Part shown: piece by piece, positions 1 to 12,141 of the stretch | How positions within the stretch are numbered: position 1 is the first letter of the stretch | How the letters are laid out: each line of letters opens with the position of its first letter | Source of the DNA: Diplonema japonicum | Lineage: Eukaryota; Protista; Euglenozoa: Diplonemea | NCBI GenBank assembly: GCA_964019335.1 | Contig: OZ025650.1 | Span: 434,001 to 498,000 of the forward strand | DNA: 64,000 nucleotides | Direction: 5' to 3' | Position numbers and translations under genes: made by a program | The notes under the pieces: generated by a model | The model's input: only the letters and a program-made list of their open reading frames with translations | Database searches by the model: none | Told to the model about the DNA's origin: nothing

Positions 1-162
1 CTCTGTTCGCGAGGATCCTTATTATGTGCTTTTTCTTCCAACAGCTGTGATACACCTTTCTTCCCATTCGGCTCTCGGGGTCTTCATACGAGCTGCTGCT
101 GTACACAGACATTCTTTTTTTTCTTCTTATTGTAATGATGATATTTGTGTGTGTGTGCGCGT

Positions 163-198
<36 letters not shown>

Positions 199-467
199 TG
201 TGGGTTTCTTTTTTTTTCACCCTGTTGTTGTTTTATTATTATCTTTTCTTTTTCTTCTTCTTTTTTTTGTATTTTATATATAATGAACAAGGAAAAAGGG
301 AAAACGAGAATGGAAAAAAAAGAAGAAAAAAATCCCGGATTGATATGACAAATATTTAAATTGTTTTCTTGTTTTTTTTTTTTTTAAAAGAGGAACAAAA
401 AAAGGCATGTGTGGAAGAAAAGCAGGGGGGAGGGTTTGACGAAGGGTAAAAATAAATGGTTTCATTC

Positions 468-3276
468 TCATTTTCTTGCTTTTTTATGCCCTTTGATGTT
501 AGACACATCGAAGAAGGACTCGCCAGCTGCCTGGCGGGAGGAGATGTGGTTAGTAAGGAGGTTGAGACCAGAGTTGTTGAATCCGTGGGTGTCGACCTTT
601 GGGGTATTTTTTTTTTTTTTTTTTTTTTTCCCCCTTCCCATACCTGGTGTGCCAGGGCCTTGGACAACCTTTCACTGAGTTCAAGTGTAGTAGCTTTGAG
701 GCTTGGGTTTGCCTGCAGTTCTTGCGAGAACTGTTTTATCAAGAACATCGCCACCTTCGCCACCGCCTCCACCCTGCAACATTTTTCCTTCAGCAAATCG
801 ACACAGAAGGACAGCAGCCTTTTGCTATAGTCGACAGGCACACCTGACAACACGTACCTCATAGCGTGACCTTTGATGCCCTCTACTACCTTGCCTAGGT
901 ACTGCAGTGGAGTCAGCGAGCCTAGAAGGGGGTGCTTTGTTTCCGCATTCACGCCGCCTTCTGTCCTCCTTTCGAGTTCTGCCATCGCAAGGTCCAGCGC
1001 CTCCACGAGGTCCTCGCTCCCTTTAAGATGCAACGCCGTACGCTGCCCTGCAACCCCCACCTCTGCGTCCGCCTTGTCAAGCGCTGCGTATGCCAGCGAC
1101 GCTGCTGCCTCCTTGTCGGCAGCCTGCTGTGCCTCCTTCTCGGCCTCCTCCTCTGGGAACAACAACCCTTCCGTTCTCACCCACGACCGCAGCGTTCTGT
1201 CACCGCCGTACGATATCAGTATCCCACCCTCTTTCGACAGCTCACACCCCCACACTGCCCCGTGGTGCCCCCTCAGCGTCTGGATATGCGTGAAGTGATC
1301 CGCATCCCAGCACTTTACTGTCCCGTCCTTACCTGCATGAGGTGCCTTCTTCTTGTTGCGCCATACCTGTCGTCCACAAATAATGAGTCCCACCAACGAA
1401 TTTAACGTCTGTCACATAGTCATCATGTGCATAGAGCGACTTGTGGCAGTCACCGAAGTCCAGTCCCCACAGCTTCACATTCTTGTCGATGGAGCCTGTC
1501 GCGATCAGCCTGTATAGTAATGTGATGGTGATGAAGGACATACCTTGAATCATCGCTGATGCTGAGGGAGGTGACGGGGTACTTGTGGCCGAAGAGGGAG
1601 AGGAAGAACTTGCAAGAGTCCGCGAAGTAGACTTTTACAGTGTTGTCTTGGAGGGCAGCTGCGAAGAATTTCTTGTCTTGAGAATATGTGATCGCTGTGA
1701 TGGCGTCCGTGAACTCCAAAGTCGAGGACTCGAACAAGGTGAGGTGTTTCTCCTTTGTCTCTTCTTGCTGCACTAGGTCGAAGGACCAGATTTTCATTTT
1801 CTTGTCTTTTCCACCAGAGGCAATACCCTTGCCGTCTGCACGGAGACACACTGCCTGCACTTCGCCTTCGTGAGCTTCGAAACTCTCGATCACCTCCGAG
1901 TTCGGGAGGTTGATGAGCTCCAAGGTGCCCTCCTTGGTGCCTGCCACGATGTGCTGGTCGCCCGGCAAGAAGGCAAGGCACACAGCTTCGGGGATGTCGA
2001 TGGTGTGAGTGCAGTCGACGATGGCACCTTCCTCGCCCTCCTCCTCCAGCTCTATCCGCCACACTTTCACGCCGCCCGTCGCGCAGGTTGCCACAAGACG
2101 GTTTGAAGCCGACATGGTCGACGCCCTTACCTCCCCTCTGTGCCCGATGTCTCCGCACTCCTTTGCACGCATCACTGTGACGGGCGTCACTTTCGAGTCA
2201 GTCCACGTGATGTCCCATACCTCGAGTTGGTTGTCGTTCAGAGCTGCCACTAGTCTGTCGGGCTCGTCGTTCAGCTCCGCCTCCTTCCTTGGGATGAAGT
2301 CGAACGACCTTATCTTCCCTTCACATCTGATGACGGAGTCCAGCCTGTGGTACTCCATCCCAGCGTGTCGCTCGATGTTGTCAGTATCTTTGTCCTTCTC
2401 CCTTCGTCTTTTCTTCTGCCTTGCAAGCTTCGAGCCGACACCTTTTTCTGAAAGAACTTGGTAGAGCTCGATGACGCGGTCAGCGGACTGCACGGCGAGG
2501 AGGGTGTGGGAGGGGTTGTACTTCATCATGGCCACGGGGCGGTGGTTCTGTCGCTCGAGTGTGCCGTGGGGGGTGTAGGCTTCCTCGGCGGTACCGGTGG
2601 TGTTCTCCAGGTCGTAGACTTTGAGGATGTTGTCGCGAGCACCGACGATAAGGCGGGACTCTGAAATATCCATGCAGATGGAGGTGGCCTGGCTGGAGGA
2701 CCCGATGAAGGTGTGGATGCAAGCGCGGATCTCAGGCTCCCAGACCTTCACGAGACCGTCTCCAGCAACAGAGATGAGCTTCTTGTGGTTTTGTTGGAAT
2801 TTCAGTCCGAGAATGGCAGATTTGTGCCCACGAAGGCGGAAGACCGGGTCCTGTGTGGAGACATCCCATATCACAATATCGGTATCGGAGCCGCCAGACG
2901 CCACCATTGTCGTGTCAGCACTGCTGGCAAGGGACAGGATCTTGCTGTTGAGTTTATGTCCAAGTCCACGGACCATTAGGGTGTCCCAGTCAGCAGTGAG
3001 ATAGATAGAAACATGGCCATCAGTGTACCCTATGAGCAACTGTTCCCCATCGGCGGAACATTCTAAACACGAAACAGCAGCCTCGTCGCTCCCCCCAGGG
3101 ATGAACCCAACAATAGACATTGTTTCCATGTCAAAGATGTGTACGTTTTCCAGGGAAGGCGTGCACACCACCTGTCGTTTCTCCTCCCCAACACCTGCTA
3201 CTACAATATTCCCCTCGTTCGCCACCACGACACCTGTCATCCCTTTTGCCTCATACTTCAAATAAGACCTTGGCAT
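468..3276 (-). CDS. UTP12: WD40-repeat U3 snoRNP/SSU processome protein Utp12/Dip2 (WDR3); 3 introns (1510-1543, 1333-1366, 597-643)
   Basis: ORFs 1450..3276, 1329..1553 and 356..1396 join through GT-AG introns into one frame. N-terminus MPRSYLKYE; hallmark KFFLSLFGHKYPV, DKNVKLWGLDFGDCHKSLYAHDDYV and TLRGHHGAVW; last exon VDTHGFNNSGL...KKARK*. Confidence 0.92.
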
Positions 3277-3591
3277 CCTCCTATGCCACCCTGTAATGGA
3301 TTAGAAGGGTTCCAAGGTGAGGGGAACAATAAAACAAGAAAAATCTTTTTCACTATGATGGAGGAATGGGGTAAGAAAGAGAAGCTACACTTGTGGTGGG
3401 GTTTATGTGAGAAAAGGAAAAAAAAAAGGAAAAAAGTAAATAACCCTCAACAGAGGTGGAAGAAAAAAAGAAAAGAAAAAAAGCTTCTTTTTTTTGTGTG
3501 GGTATAAATAAATAAATAAAAAACAAATCAAAAGAAAGATCACCATGATGGGGAAGTGTCAGCAACGACCCACCAAAAAAGAATAAAGACT

Positions 3592-4034
3592 TCATGGGGA
3601 ACGGCGAATGCCACCCGCAGTCCAGATGAAGGCAGCCACAGCGGTGTAGGTGGCCATCCTGGACACCTGCTCGCATAAGCGGACGCTGAAGAGTGGCGTG
3701 GATTCTTTGGGCTTTGTGGGCTCCTGTGTGGATTTCCCCCCTCTCGTTTGACTATATTTCATACCTGTGCAGTGGGAAGCTGATCGAACATACCACCCTG
3801 CTGGCCCCTCATGACAGGGACACGCTCCGCCACGGGCCTAGCCTCCCTCACTTCTTCTCTCTTTACTTCTTCGACGACTTCTTCCACCTTCTTAACTTCC
3901 TCCTTCGGCTCCTCCACTTTCCTCTCCACCTCAGGCTCTGCCACAGGCTCCGCAGGGGTCTCTTCCTTCTTCCCCAGCGTGTCGTTGACCGCCTCGTTCA
4001 GCATGGCGTCCAAGTCCACGTCGTTATCGGCCAT
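3592..4034 (-). CDS. Small acidic hypothetical protein; probable intron 3724-3764, possible C-terminal hydrophobic anchor
   Basis: ORF 3759..4034 has coding-like composition and ends at a CAG|GTATG donor. An ACAG acceptor at 3724 continues the frame to TGA at 3592. The second exon is uncertain. Confidence 0.45.
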
Positions 4035-4192
4035 GTTGTCTAACTGATCCCCGCAGTGCCTGTGAGACTTGCGAGGGCAAGGTGCATTGGAATACTATAA
4101 GCCAATATAAGAAACAAAAGGAAGGGAAACGGAGAAAATAAGGGATGGATATGGGTGTGTCTAATCTATCTATTAACACGAGGGGACGAGTG

Positions 4193-7100
4193 TCAAGCGG
4201 ATTCGGGGGAAGGCGACAAAGACAACGAACGGGAGCGGCGAGAAGGGGAGCGGGACGTGGGTCCTCGGTGTCTGGGGGACATGAGCGGGGTCATGGATCG
4301 GTTGTCAGGTGGGGTGCGAGAGCGGCGGTTCTTGAAGACTGAAAGGGGGTTCACACGAAGGGGGAGGACACGGCGGGGAGAGGTGCGTGCTCCCTCCGGG
4401 GATGGAATATAATTAGCATAGGAGGGATCGGCTTCGATCAGTCCCGGGCCTGCTTGTGTGAAACCACCTTCTCCACGGGAGATGCCAAAGCGGTCTTTTA
4501 ACTTTACAACGTTCACGCCACCACCCCTGCGCCCCCCGCCGTCACGTTCTAACGGCATAAAGTCGACTAACGTGTCCTTCACGTCGCCGTTCACAATGCG
4601 CCGTACGCCCAGCCGCACATTCTTCCCTACGCAGCACCTCTGCAACGCGAACCTGAAGTGGGCAATAGACGGGGTCGGCATCTTGTCCACAGTCACGATC
4701 ACATCTCCATCACGTACGGCAGGTGCTGCAGGCCGTCGTGCAGCCACCACCCTCACCCCTTCGTACCGTATGCTCCCCTGCAGCTTCCCCCCTATGTGCA
4801 GCGCATCCGCTACGTCTAAACCCACGTAGATCCCGTCCTCGTCTTCTGTTTCGTAGTTTGACATAGGGCTGCGGGGTGACATGAAGACCCCACTTACAGG
4901 CGGCGACTGGTAGCTCCTCCTCCTTCCCGGACTGGGTGTCCTCGGTGGACTGTGTGCAGAGGATTCCTTTTCGTTATGCGTTCTCGCAAGGATTAAATGA
5001 TGCAGCTCCATGTAATCCTCCTCTAAACCCTTCACGCGCTTCTCAAGCACATTTTTTTCCTCTTCAAGTGCTTTGTTCCTCTCGCCCCTCATCTTCGCAA
5101 CCTCCACAGCTTTCGCCGTCTCCAGCTCAGCATCGTTCGTCCGCCTGCGCTGCTCGGAGAGTGTTTCCAAAATCTGTTTCTGCTCTCCTTTCATCCTCTC
5201 CAAAAGCGGTCTGACCCCCTCCAACTGGTCAGCCTTCTCCTCCAAGAGTTTTAGAAGCCTTGCAAGCTCATCCTTTAATTTTTTGTTTTCTTTTTTGAGC
5301 TCCTCATTCTCTTTTTTAAACCTTTCCGTTTCCTCATTATGTGCATTTTGATCGATGTCGTGATCAGGGGACGACTGGCTCCTAGACATAGCCCTCTGCC
5401 GCTCAAGGTCCTCCGACAGCCTGATGAGCTCCTGTTCTGCTGCGATTGCCCGTTCTGCCATCTTATTAAGCTCTCCTTCCAGCTCTGCATAGGCTTCGAG
5501 TCCTGATTGCATTCCTTTCATAGTTTGTGCAGCCTTTTGCGACCTTTCTGCGTCGAGGGAACGCTCGACCACCCTTGTGTCAGCAGCCTCCTTGGTTATC
5601 ACCCGTTCGTCACGCAGTTCGTTGCTCAGTTTTTGGATCGCGTTTCTGTCTTTCGTCTCCTGTCTCAGGGCATTCTTACTCCCGTTCCATAGTGTATCCA
5701 CGTTCTGCAGTACCCCTTCCGATTTCGGCAGCAACTCTAAGTTGCTCTGCAGGTTGGTGTATGCCTCTTGCAGCTTTGTGTGTTTATTTTCATTACGCTC
5801 CTTCCGCTTACTAGCTTCTTTTGCAGCCTGCCCGGCTGCATCTTCGCTCTCTTTCAACCTTTCTTCTGCTTTGCTTGCAGCGAGTTTGGCATCTTGTTGC
5901 AGTGCAGCGGCTTGCGAGTCCCAATATGCCACGATGCTGCTTTCTTTCCCACCGTCCTGCATGACCTTCTTGTATTCTTGGCGCAGGTGCTCGAGTTTTT
6001 TCTCACTTGCTTCTGCCTGCTCAGCTGAGTCCTTCAGCAGGCTATGATGCTGTTTTTCTAGCTCAGAGTGCTTGGTTTGTAGCGAGGCAAACTCATCTTT
6101 GGCAGCGACCGTCTGGCTGCGCAGTTGCGCTGCGTAATGCACAGCAAGCTGATCCTTCGAGTGCTTCACGAGCTGGTCATATGGGTCGACTACGTCCTCG
6201 TCGATGATGGGGAGTGTGATGTTCGAGGCGTCGGAGGCGGACCTATCGCGCACTGGTGTGGAGCACCGCATTGTGTCCCTGTGGTCGTCGGTCGACGTCA
6301 TCGTCAGCGAGGACACCAGGCTGTCGGGCTCCGACACAGGCGAGTACGGCTTCTGGGGTCTTGACAAGGGCGTCGTGGCGCTGCTTGAGTGCACCCTGCC
6401 GCTGCTATGGGTGCTGAAAGACCGCACCCTCGTGCCAAATGCACTTCTCATGACACCAAATGTAGCTGGTGGTGAAGTCGTCGCTCTCTCTTGCCGCTCT
6501 TCGTCGGCCTTCCTTTGCAGGCGGAGCATCTTGGCCTGGAGGCGGCCTTGTTCCGTGTTGAACTCCATCATCATGCGATGAAAGAACTCAGCGTTTGTAA
6601 ACATCAGCCAAGAATGAAAGGCACACGTTGCTGTGAGCCTTGCTGTGGTTGAAGTGAGGATCTTGCATTTCGACCTGTTGTCCAGCCTCAGCTGCCACCA
6701 CATGCGCCACTGCTTGTAGTAGTGGTGCATCTTTGAGGACATCATCACCGAGTCGGTAAGCAAGATCCATTTCGCGATAAAATCTTCATCACCCTGGCTT
6801 TTTGTCATGCTCTCGCTGGCCAAAAGACCTTTGCCACTAATCAGCCCCTTGCCGCTAGTGACTACGTCGCTCGAACTCACTAGCACGGAGTCAGACGCTG
6901 GAAGGGACAAGTGCGTGTTTGCCCTTCGTGTCAGCACAGCACTCGTGATACGTTCCTTCAACCCGGCCAGAGAGAGTTCTTCAGGAACCTTGGTGTCAAG
7001 AACATTCTTTGCCCGCAATCCTTTTGCCATTGGGAACAATTTATTCCACGCTTCCCTACGCCTAGCCATCGTAGTGTTTCCAAGCAGCAGTGCGCATGAC

Positions 7101-10100
7101 CGTCGCGCACTTGCCCGACGCTGGGTCTTACTGAGTTTGTTGGCTTCAAGCCTTTTGTAATAAAAGTAGAGCGCCATCTTCTTGGTGTCCATCAACAACG
7201 CTGTTGCCAACCGCAGTTTGCTGTTCCTGACTCTGGTCCTGTATACCATGCCGACGAGTCGCATCCACACCGTGCGACGCCACAGTCGTTCTGTCATTGC
7301 CTGGAGCGTCCTCGCTTTCTTCCTCATCACGACACCTTCCTTCGCGCGCTCGGGTGGCTTCTGTTTCAACACTCTGTTCATGTTAAGCTTGTCATAAGCA
7401 TCCTTGAGGGGTCTGTTGTTGCTGCGGGCCGCGAGTGCTATGGAACGCAGTTCACGTTTTTTAAGCGTTTTTTGCAAATCAGAATAACCTTTGAGCTTGA
7501 GGAAGGCGAGCAAAGCAACACCACGAGCTGTGCTGTGCAAAAGAGCAGAAGCAGAATCACGTTGTTTACTTCTCTTGCTCGTTAGATCGTACCAAGCAGT
7601 GTAAGACTCAGCCAGCATATGCTTGTCCTTGCTGGCTAGCAAGGTGTTTAACAGGTTCCTCTCGCGCCTCTTTCTGGAACACCATAACTTCCACAGCACA
7701 TAGCTGCTAGCCAAGGGTCCTGCGTGCAATTTCTTTGACAGTAGCCATGCAACCCTTTCCTTCTCTACACCAGAGGGTGTTTTCCTAAGAGCGACGTACC
7801 TTCTCCACACATTGAACAGCATCATGTACCGCTGCCTGATGTTCAGCGTCGCCAACACACATGCAGCGTAGCGCTTTCTGTTCCTCTTGTGCGACGTCGA
7901 AGAGCCGCCTTTCAGCAACCTGTAGTAGTACTTGCTGTAGATCTGCTTTAAGCTCGCTGCACGGAGCGCATTTGACAGTACACATCCCCTCCCGTTGGGG
8001 TGCCGTGTGTAGTGGTGCTGTGTCAGGGCATGGTAGTATCTCCTCACCAGTTTGGAGTGGCTGTTCAGAGCCATGGTTCGGGCAAGGTAGTAGGGGATGA
8101 GGTTGTACTTTTTTTTTTTAACTATTTTTTCAGACCACTTGTACCACGTGTCCCAGTGCCTTTTCAACAACCCGTTGCAAGTGACATGCCTCAGCACTCT
8201 CGCGAGGCGTCGCCGATACGCAGCAGCGTTGTCATCGTGGAACGAGTCACCCGCCGTCCGCAACTTCGCCGTCCATATGCGCCACGTGAAGTACGTCGTC
8301 TGAAGGATTCTCTTTAAGTTAGAGTTAGCAAGGATTTTCAAACCCTTCGTCCTGTCCACACTCTTTACTTTCTCTCGTTCCTTCAGAAACATATCCTTTT
8401 CCTTCAAGGCTTCTGCGAGCTGCGTTTCAGCGTCCCTACGTTCATTGAGCAAATTGCTAAGCTCTTCTCGCAACCGTTCTTTACCATGCTGCTCTGTACG
8501 GAACTTCTTCCTTCGCACTGCCCACAAGCGCCACTTGTTGAAGGACGACATGCACAAGGTGTAATGCGGCACACGTCCAGTGGAAGCTACTGCTGCATTT
8601 CGAGCAGCTGACATTTGTCTGAAGCACCTCATGCTGATACTGTGCTCTTTCAGCTTGCTAAATGCAGTTCGTGCAATATTGCTATTAACCCTCCTGTACA
8701 TGGCATTGATGAGCTGCGTGTTAGGTTTTTTAGCTCTCACGTAAGCCTTCGTCTCCGCAGCGTGCTGGCGAAGCTTCGCATAGTACCCGCCTAGAAGGAG
8801 AACGAGGTGGCGTGAAAATAGTATCCTTGAAAGCCTGACTCTGTTCTGCCTACGTCGTGCATACAGCATCAGCTTCCTGAATGGGGCGAGTGTGTGTTGC
8901 CGAAGGTTCCTGCGACGCATAGAGTTCACCTCTGATTGAAAGTTGCTCCGCAGCCTGTGGCGCAGCGTCTCCACCCTGTCCTGGTGTTCCATCATGTTGT
9001 TGAGGTACTCTTTATGATGCCTCTTCATGCCTGCATAGCTTTCCCATGTTGTGTAGTACTGGTGGCACAGAGCCCGTTTCGATGCGAGGCACAGAGCTTT
9101 CATGGCTGTCCGAGTTGTGTGCGCTGCCGACTGCTCAGTGCCCTTCAAGACTTTTAGCATGTTCCTAAATGCATATCGCTCCAGCTTCTTGAAGGCGTCA
9201 TGCATGATCTTCTCTAGAGCGTGCGCACGCATGCGCTTAAGGAGTGGATCACTATTTGCGACCACCCGTCTTTTAGGAGTAGGCGGGGGTGTCAGGATCG
9301 AGACCTCTGAGAGACTCATGGAGTTTGAGATGTGTGTGGATGCGTGGGACTCGGCCTTCTTCCATTTGTGCTGCAGCATGTTGATTTTCAACTTATTGAA
9401 GGCATTGCAGGCTACCTTCTCGTTGGCTCTTCTGTGCATGTCGTTCAGCAGCCGGCTAGGGAAATGTCGTTTGGATTGAACCTGCAGCTTTGCAGCCTTC
9501 CCCGCCAAGGTGAATATCTTCCATTTCGAGTATGCCTTATCCGCTATTCTCTCGCAGCACCTTCTGTACAGGTCTGTGAGGCATAAGGGGTTGATCCGCC
9601 GCTTGTGGCTAGATAGATGCATGTCACTGGGTTTTATGTGCAGTTGTCGTTTCAGGGTTTCGTAGTATCTACGAAGCAGCGCGGCCCGTGTTGTTGTGCT
9701 CAGCACCCGTACAGTGCGTGCCCGACTCCGCGAGACTTCACGGGTTGCCCTCGAAAGCACCGCATGAGACCTTAGCCTGCTGAATGCCGTCCCCGCCAGC
9801 TTTGCACATGACTTATTGAGCAGGGCCCCAAGAGCGGTAATCTTGGCCCATCTGCTTTTTCCGCGAGGCGAGGCAAGCTTCTTGCTGAGGCTGCGATATT
9901 CCTTTAGTTTACCGAAGTACCGTCTCGCCCGTCTATCCAGGTGGCCCAGTGCCATACCCCGTATGGCGTGCAGTTTCGCTTTCTGATTTCTCTTCTGTTC
10001 CAGGGCTACTCTATCACCTGCTTGTTGCAAACCCCGTACTGCCTCTTCAAGCTTGTTCCCAAAGTCTGCCCCGTTAGTTCGTGCCTCTGCCACTGCTCTC

Positions 10101-11935
10101 AGCCTATTTGCCTCCTCCATCCACTGCCTCGTAGCAGCATTGGTCTCCTCAAGTGCGTCTTCCAGCCCCCGCATCGTTTCCTCATCCTCCTTCTTCTGCT
10201 TCTCAAGGTTCAATACTTTCTCTAGCAACGTAATATCTTTCTCTACTCCTTCTGTTAGTTTCTTCTTTAAAAACCCGACATCTGCTTCCAGATTTCTGTT
10301 CGTTGCCACCAATTCACCGATCCTGTCCTCATACCCAGAACTCCTTAGAGGTGCAGGAGCCTGTGGCTTCAGCAAGGTGGACTGGATCGGTGTTGGAGGG
10401 GTGTCTCTGCGAATTCTTGGTTTTGTGCTGGCATCACTAGGTTTTTGGTTGATATATTGGTCCGGACTTGGTGTGCGTGCCGCATAGGCATGGTGGCCAT
10501 GTGGCCAGCCTATGGGTGGTGCTTCATCATCTCGCAAGTGTTGCGGTCTCCCAGGCGGCTCATACACCATTGTTGTTGTGTCACCTGGGTAGTCCCAAGC
10601 GACCGTGCCACCTGACTGACGCCTACCAAGCTCGTATTTTACTTTGCTACCTTCTGTTTTATGGATATCCCCACCTTTGCCTGGTTGTTTCTGCTGTGTA
10701 TCGTCCACGTACCTCTCCCAGTCGTCATTCATGCGCCTTGCTGCCCGATGCGCACGCCCTGAGTCGTTCTGTTGGTGTCCACTCCCTACCTTGGCAGGTT
10801 GGTTGCGTTTCCGCTCCTTCTCATTTCGACCCTTTCTCTGCTGCTCAAGCTTCGTAGCGTCTTTACTAAGCCGGCTGTCACCGTAGGCTGGCTTGGCCTG
10901 TTGTTCAATAGTCTCGGGGAATGCCGGAGTGTATATCGGGCCAGCCTTGACGTCCGAATGCTGCTTGACCTGGGGTGCGGGATGGACAACGGTGGGTTGG
11001 TGGACTGTGGCATAGTTAATTAGAACGGGGGGCCTGGTTTTGCTCGCTATTTTCTGCTGGGGCTGGAACAGGGGTTTGGCTGGGCCGTGCGGTTTGAAAA
11101 ATTCATGACTCGCAAGGTCAATGTCACCGTGCGAAGCGTCGGTGTTGGGCAGGTTAGCCGCGTCCATGGCACCAGAGGGGTGGGGAGCGTGTCCGTAGAT
11201 GTCGTCGTGTTTCGGTGTGAGAACAGACCACGTGCCTCGCTTGCTATCTCCTTCAGCCTCGTGTGTGGGCGACGGTGTAAAACCAGATTGCGTGACCTGC
11301 CATCCGTTCCCAGTTGCTAGTTCCAGTGTGGGCGAAGGTGTGAACGTAGACCGTGCACCCTGACCTTGCCATGTGTCTTCCGTTATTGCGGGTGAAGACT
11401 CAGGTCGTGTGTCGTGTTTCCCGCTATGATCACTCCATTGTGGAGGGTGCATGTTAGGCGCGTGGGGTGGCAACATTCCATCAAATTCCGACTTGGGAGC
11501 ACTATTCGGGATGGGTGACACTGACTGCGGTTTTGGACTCGTTCCCCCTACAGGCGGCCCACTGGGTGCCCCGCCTTGGGGGAGTTTGGCATCGTAGATC
11601 TCAAAGTCGTCTTCTGACACATCCACAGTCTTTGGGTAGGCGGGGGTCGGGAAGTGGCCCAGAAAGGGCAGGGTAAAAGGTTGCTTGGGCGGTGGTATCA
11701 TCAGAGGCACATGGCCCAAAGGGGGGGTTTTGATACCACCACCTGCAGGAGACACAGCACTGACATCACACTCACTCGGCTCCGAGTACGTGGCAGGAGT
11801 CAAGTGCACCACTCCACCTGGTGCGGGTGGCGTCACTCTCCCTACACTACCTTTCGTGGACTTCCGTCTTGGGGACACCTTCCGCCCCATCTCCCGCCAC
11901 ACTTTCTTCTCATCCTCTTCTGGGCTCCACGGCAT
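4193..11935 (-). CDS. 2580-aa cytoskeletal-type protein: Pro-rich N-terminus, many basic helical repeats (Sfi1/centrin-binding-like, ...LLRRYY/AF.KW/KL), coiled coil, C-terminal PDZ-like domain
   Basis: Single long ORF. Repeated motifs AFSRLR, RRYYETLK, AYSKWK, AFNKLK, YFTWRIW. C-terminal YVGLDV...GVRVV...VRDGDVIVTVD is PDZ-like. Confidence 0.8.
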   Translation of the reverse strand: MPWSPEEDEKKVWREMGRKVSPRRKSTKGSVGRVTPPAPGGVVHLTPATYSEPSECDVSAVSPAGGGIKTPPLGHVPLMIPPPKQPFTLPFLGHFPTPAYPKTVDVSEDDFEIYDAKLPQGGAPSGPPVGGTSPKPQSVSPIPNSAPKSEFDGMLPPHAPNMHPPQWSDHSGKHDTRPESSPAITEDTWQGQGARSTFTPSPTLELATGNGWQVTQSGFTPSPTHEAEGDSKRGTWSVLTPKHDDIYGHAPHPSGAMDAANLPNTDASHGDIDLASHEFFKPHGPAKPLFQPQQKIASKTRPPVLINYATVHQPTVVHPAPQVKQHSDVKAGPIYTPAFPETIEQQAKPAYGDSRLSKDATKLEQQRKGRNEKERKRNQPAKVGSGHQQNDSGRAHRAARRMNDDWERYVDDTQQKQPGKGGDIHKTEGSKVKYELGRRQSGGTVAWDYPGDTTTMVYEPPGRPQHLRDDEAPPIGWPHGHHAYAARTPSPDQYINQKPSDASTKPRIRRDTPPTPIQSTLLKPQAPAPLRSSGYEDRIGELVATNRNLEADVGFLKKKLTEGVEKDITLLEKVLNLEKQKKEDEETMRGLEDALEETNAATRQWMEEANRLRAVAEARTNGADFGNKLEEAVRGLQQAGDRVALEQKRNQKAKLHAIRGMALGHLDRRARRYFGKLKEYRSLSKKLASPRGKSRWAKITALGALLNKSCAKLAGTAFSRLRSHAVLSRATREVSRSRARTVRVLSTTTRAALLRRYYETLKRQLHIKPSDMHLSSHKRRINPLCLTDLYRRCCERIADKAYSKWKIFTLAGKAAKLQVQSKRHFPSRLLNDMHRRANEKVACNAFNKLKINMLQHKWKKAESHASTHISNSMSLSEVSILTPPPTPKRRVVANSDPLLKRMRAHALEKIMHDAFKKLERYAFRNMLKVLKGTEQSAAHTTRTAMKALCLASKRALCHQYYTTWESYAGMKRHHKEYLNNMMEHQDRVETLRHRLRSNFQSEVNSMRRRNLRQHTLAPFRKLMLYARRRQNRVRLSRILFSRHLVLLLGGYYAKLRQHAAETKAYVRAKKPNTQLINAMYRRVNSNIARTAFSKLKEHSISMRCFRQMSAARNAAVASTGRVPHYTLCMSSFNKWRLWAVRRKKFRTEQHGKERLREELSNLLNERRDAETQLAEALKEKDMFLKEREKVKSVDRTKGLKILANSNLKRILQTTYFTWRIWTAKLRTAGDSFHDDNAAAYRRRLARVLRHVTCNGLLKRHWDTWYKWSEKIVKKKKYNLIPYYLARTMALNSHSKLVRRYYHALTQHHYTRHPNGRGCVLSNALRAASLKQIYSKYYYRLLKGGSSTSHKRNRKRYAACVLATLNIRQRYMMLFNVWRRYVALRKTPSGVEKERVAWLLSKKLHAGPLASSYVLWKLWCSRKRRERNLLNTLLASKDKHMLAESYTAWYDLTSKRSKQRDSASALLHSTARGVALLAFLKLKGYSDLQKTLKKRELRSIALAARSNNRPLKDAYDKLNMNRVLKQKPPERAKEGVVMRKKARTLQAMTERLWRRTVWMRLVGMVYRTRVRNSKLRLATALLMDTKKMALYFYYKRLEANKLSKTQRRASARRSCALLLGNTTMARRREAWNKLFPMAKGLRAKNVLDTKVPEELSLAGLKERITSAVLTRRANTHLSLPASDSVLVSSSDVVTSGKGLISGKGLLASESMTKSQGDEDFIAKWILLTDSVMMSSKMHHYYKQWRMWWQLRLDNRSKCKILTSTTARLTATCAFHSWLMFTNAEFFHRMMMEFNTEQGRLQAKMLRLQRKADEERQERATTSPPATFGVMRSAFGTRVRSFSTHSSGRVHSSSATTPLSRPQKPYSPVSEPDSLVSSLTMTSTDDHRDTMRCSTPVRDRSASDASNITLPIIDEDVVDPYDQLVKHSKDQLAVHYAAQLRSQTVAAKDEFASLQTKHSELEKQHHSLLKDSAEQAEASEKKLEHLRQEYKKVMQDGGKESSIVAYWDSQAAALQQDAKLAASKAEERLKESEDAAGQAAKEASKRKERNENKHTKLQEAYTNLQSNLELLPKSEGVLQNVDTLWNGSKNALRQETKDRNAIQKLSNELRDERVITKEAADTRVVERSLDAERSQKAAQTMKGMQSGLEAYAELEGELNKMAERAIAAEQELIRLSEDLERQRAMSRSQSSPDHDIDQNAHNEETERFKKENEELKKENKKLKDELARLLKLLEEKADQLEGVRPLLERMKGEQKQILETLSEQRRRTNDAELETAKAVEVAKMRGERNKALEEEKNVLEKRVKGLEEDYMELHHLILARTHNEKESSAHSPPRTPSPGRRRSYQSPPVSGVFMSPRSPMSNYETEDEDGIYVGLDVADALHIGGKLQGSIRYEGVRVVAARRPAAPAVRDGDVIVTVDKMPTPSIAHFRFALQRCCVGKNVRLGVRRIVNGDVKDTLVDFMPLERDGGGRRGGGVNVVKLKDRFGISRGEGGFTQAGPGLIEADPSYANYIPSPEGARTSPRRVLPLRVNPLSVFKNRRSRTPPDNRSMTPLMSPRHRGPTSRSPSRRSRSLSLSPSPESA

Positions 11936-12141
11936 TTTTCATCTATCGGTTTGCCCTCCCTCCTTCTTGATGATTCCCCCTTTTTTAAAAGCCTGCTCTT
12001 TTGAAGACTCAAAAAAAAATAATACAGTCCCATTTCCCCTTTCCCTTTTAAGAGAAAGCAGCATTACCTCCTCACTACGTTCGAACGAACACTCTTTTCT
12101 TTCAAAAAAAAAAAAATATATATATATGAGTTAAAGGAGGC

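Noticed and set aside
3980-4034. Pex19-like N-terminal helix (DVDLDAMLNEAV)
   Set aside because: No Pex19 C-terminal domain or CaaX motif; the similarity is too short to support the call.
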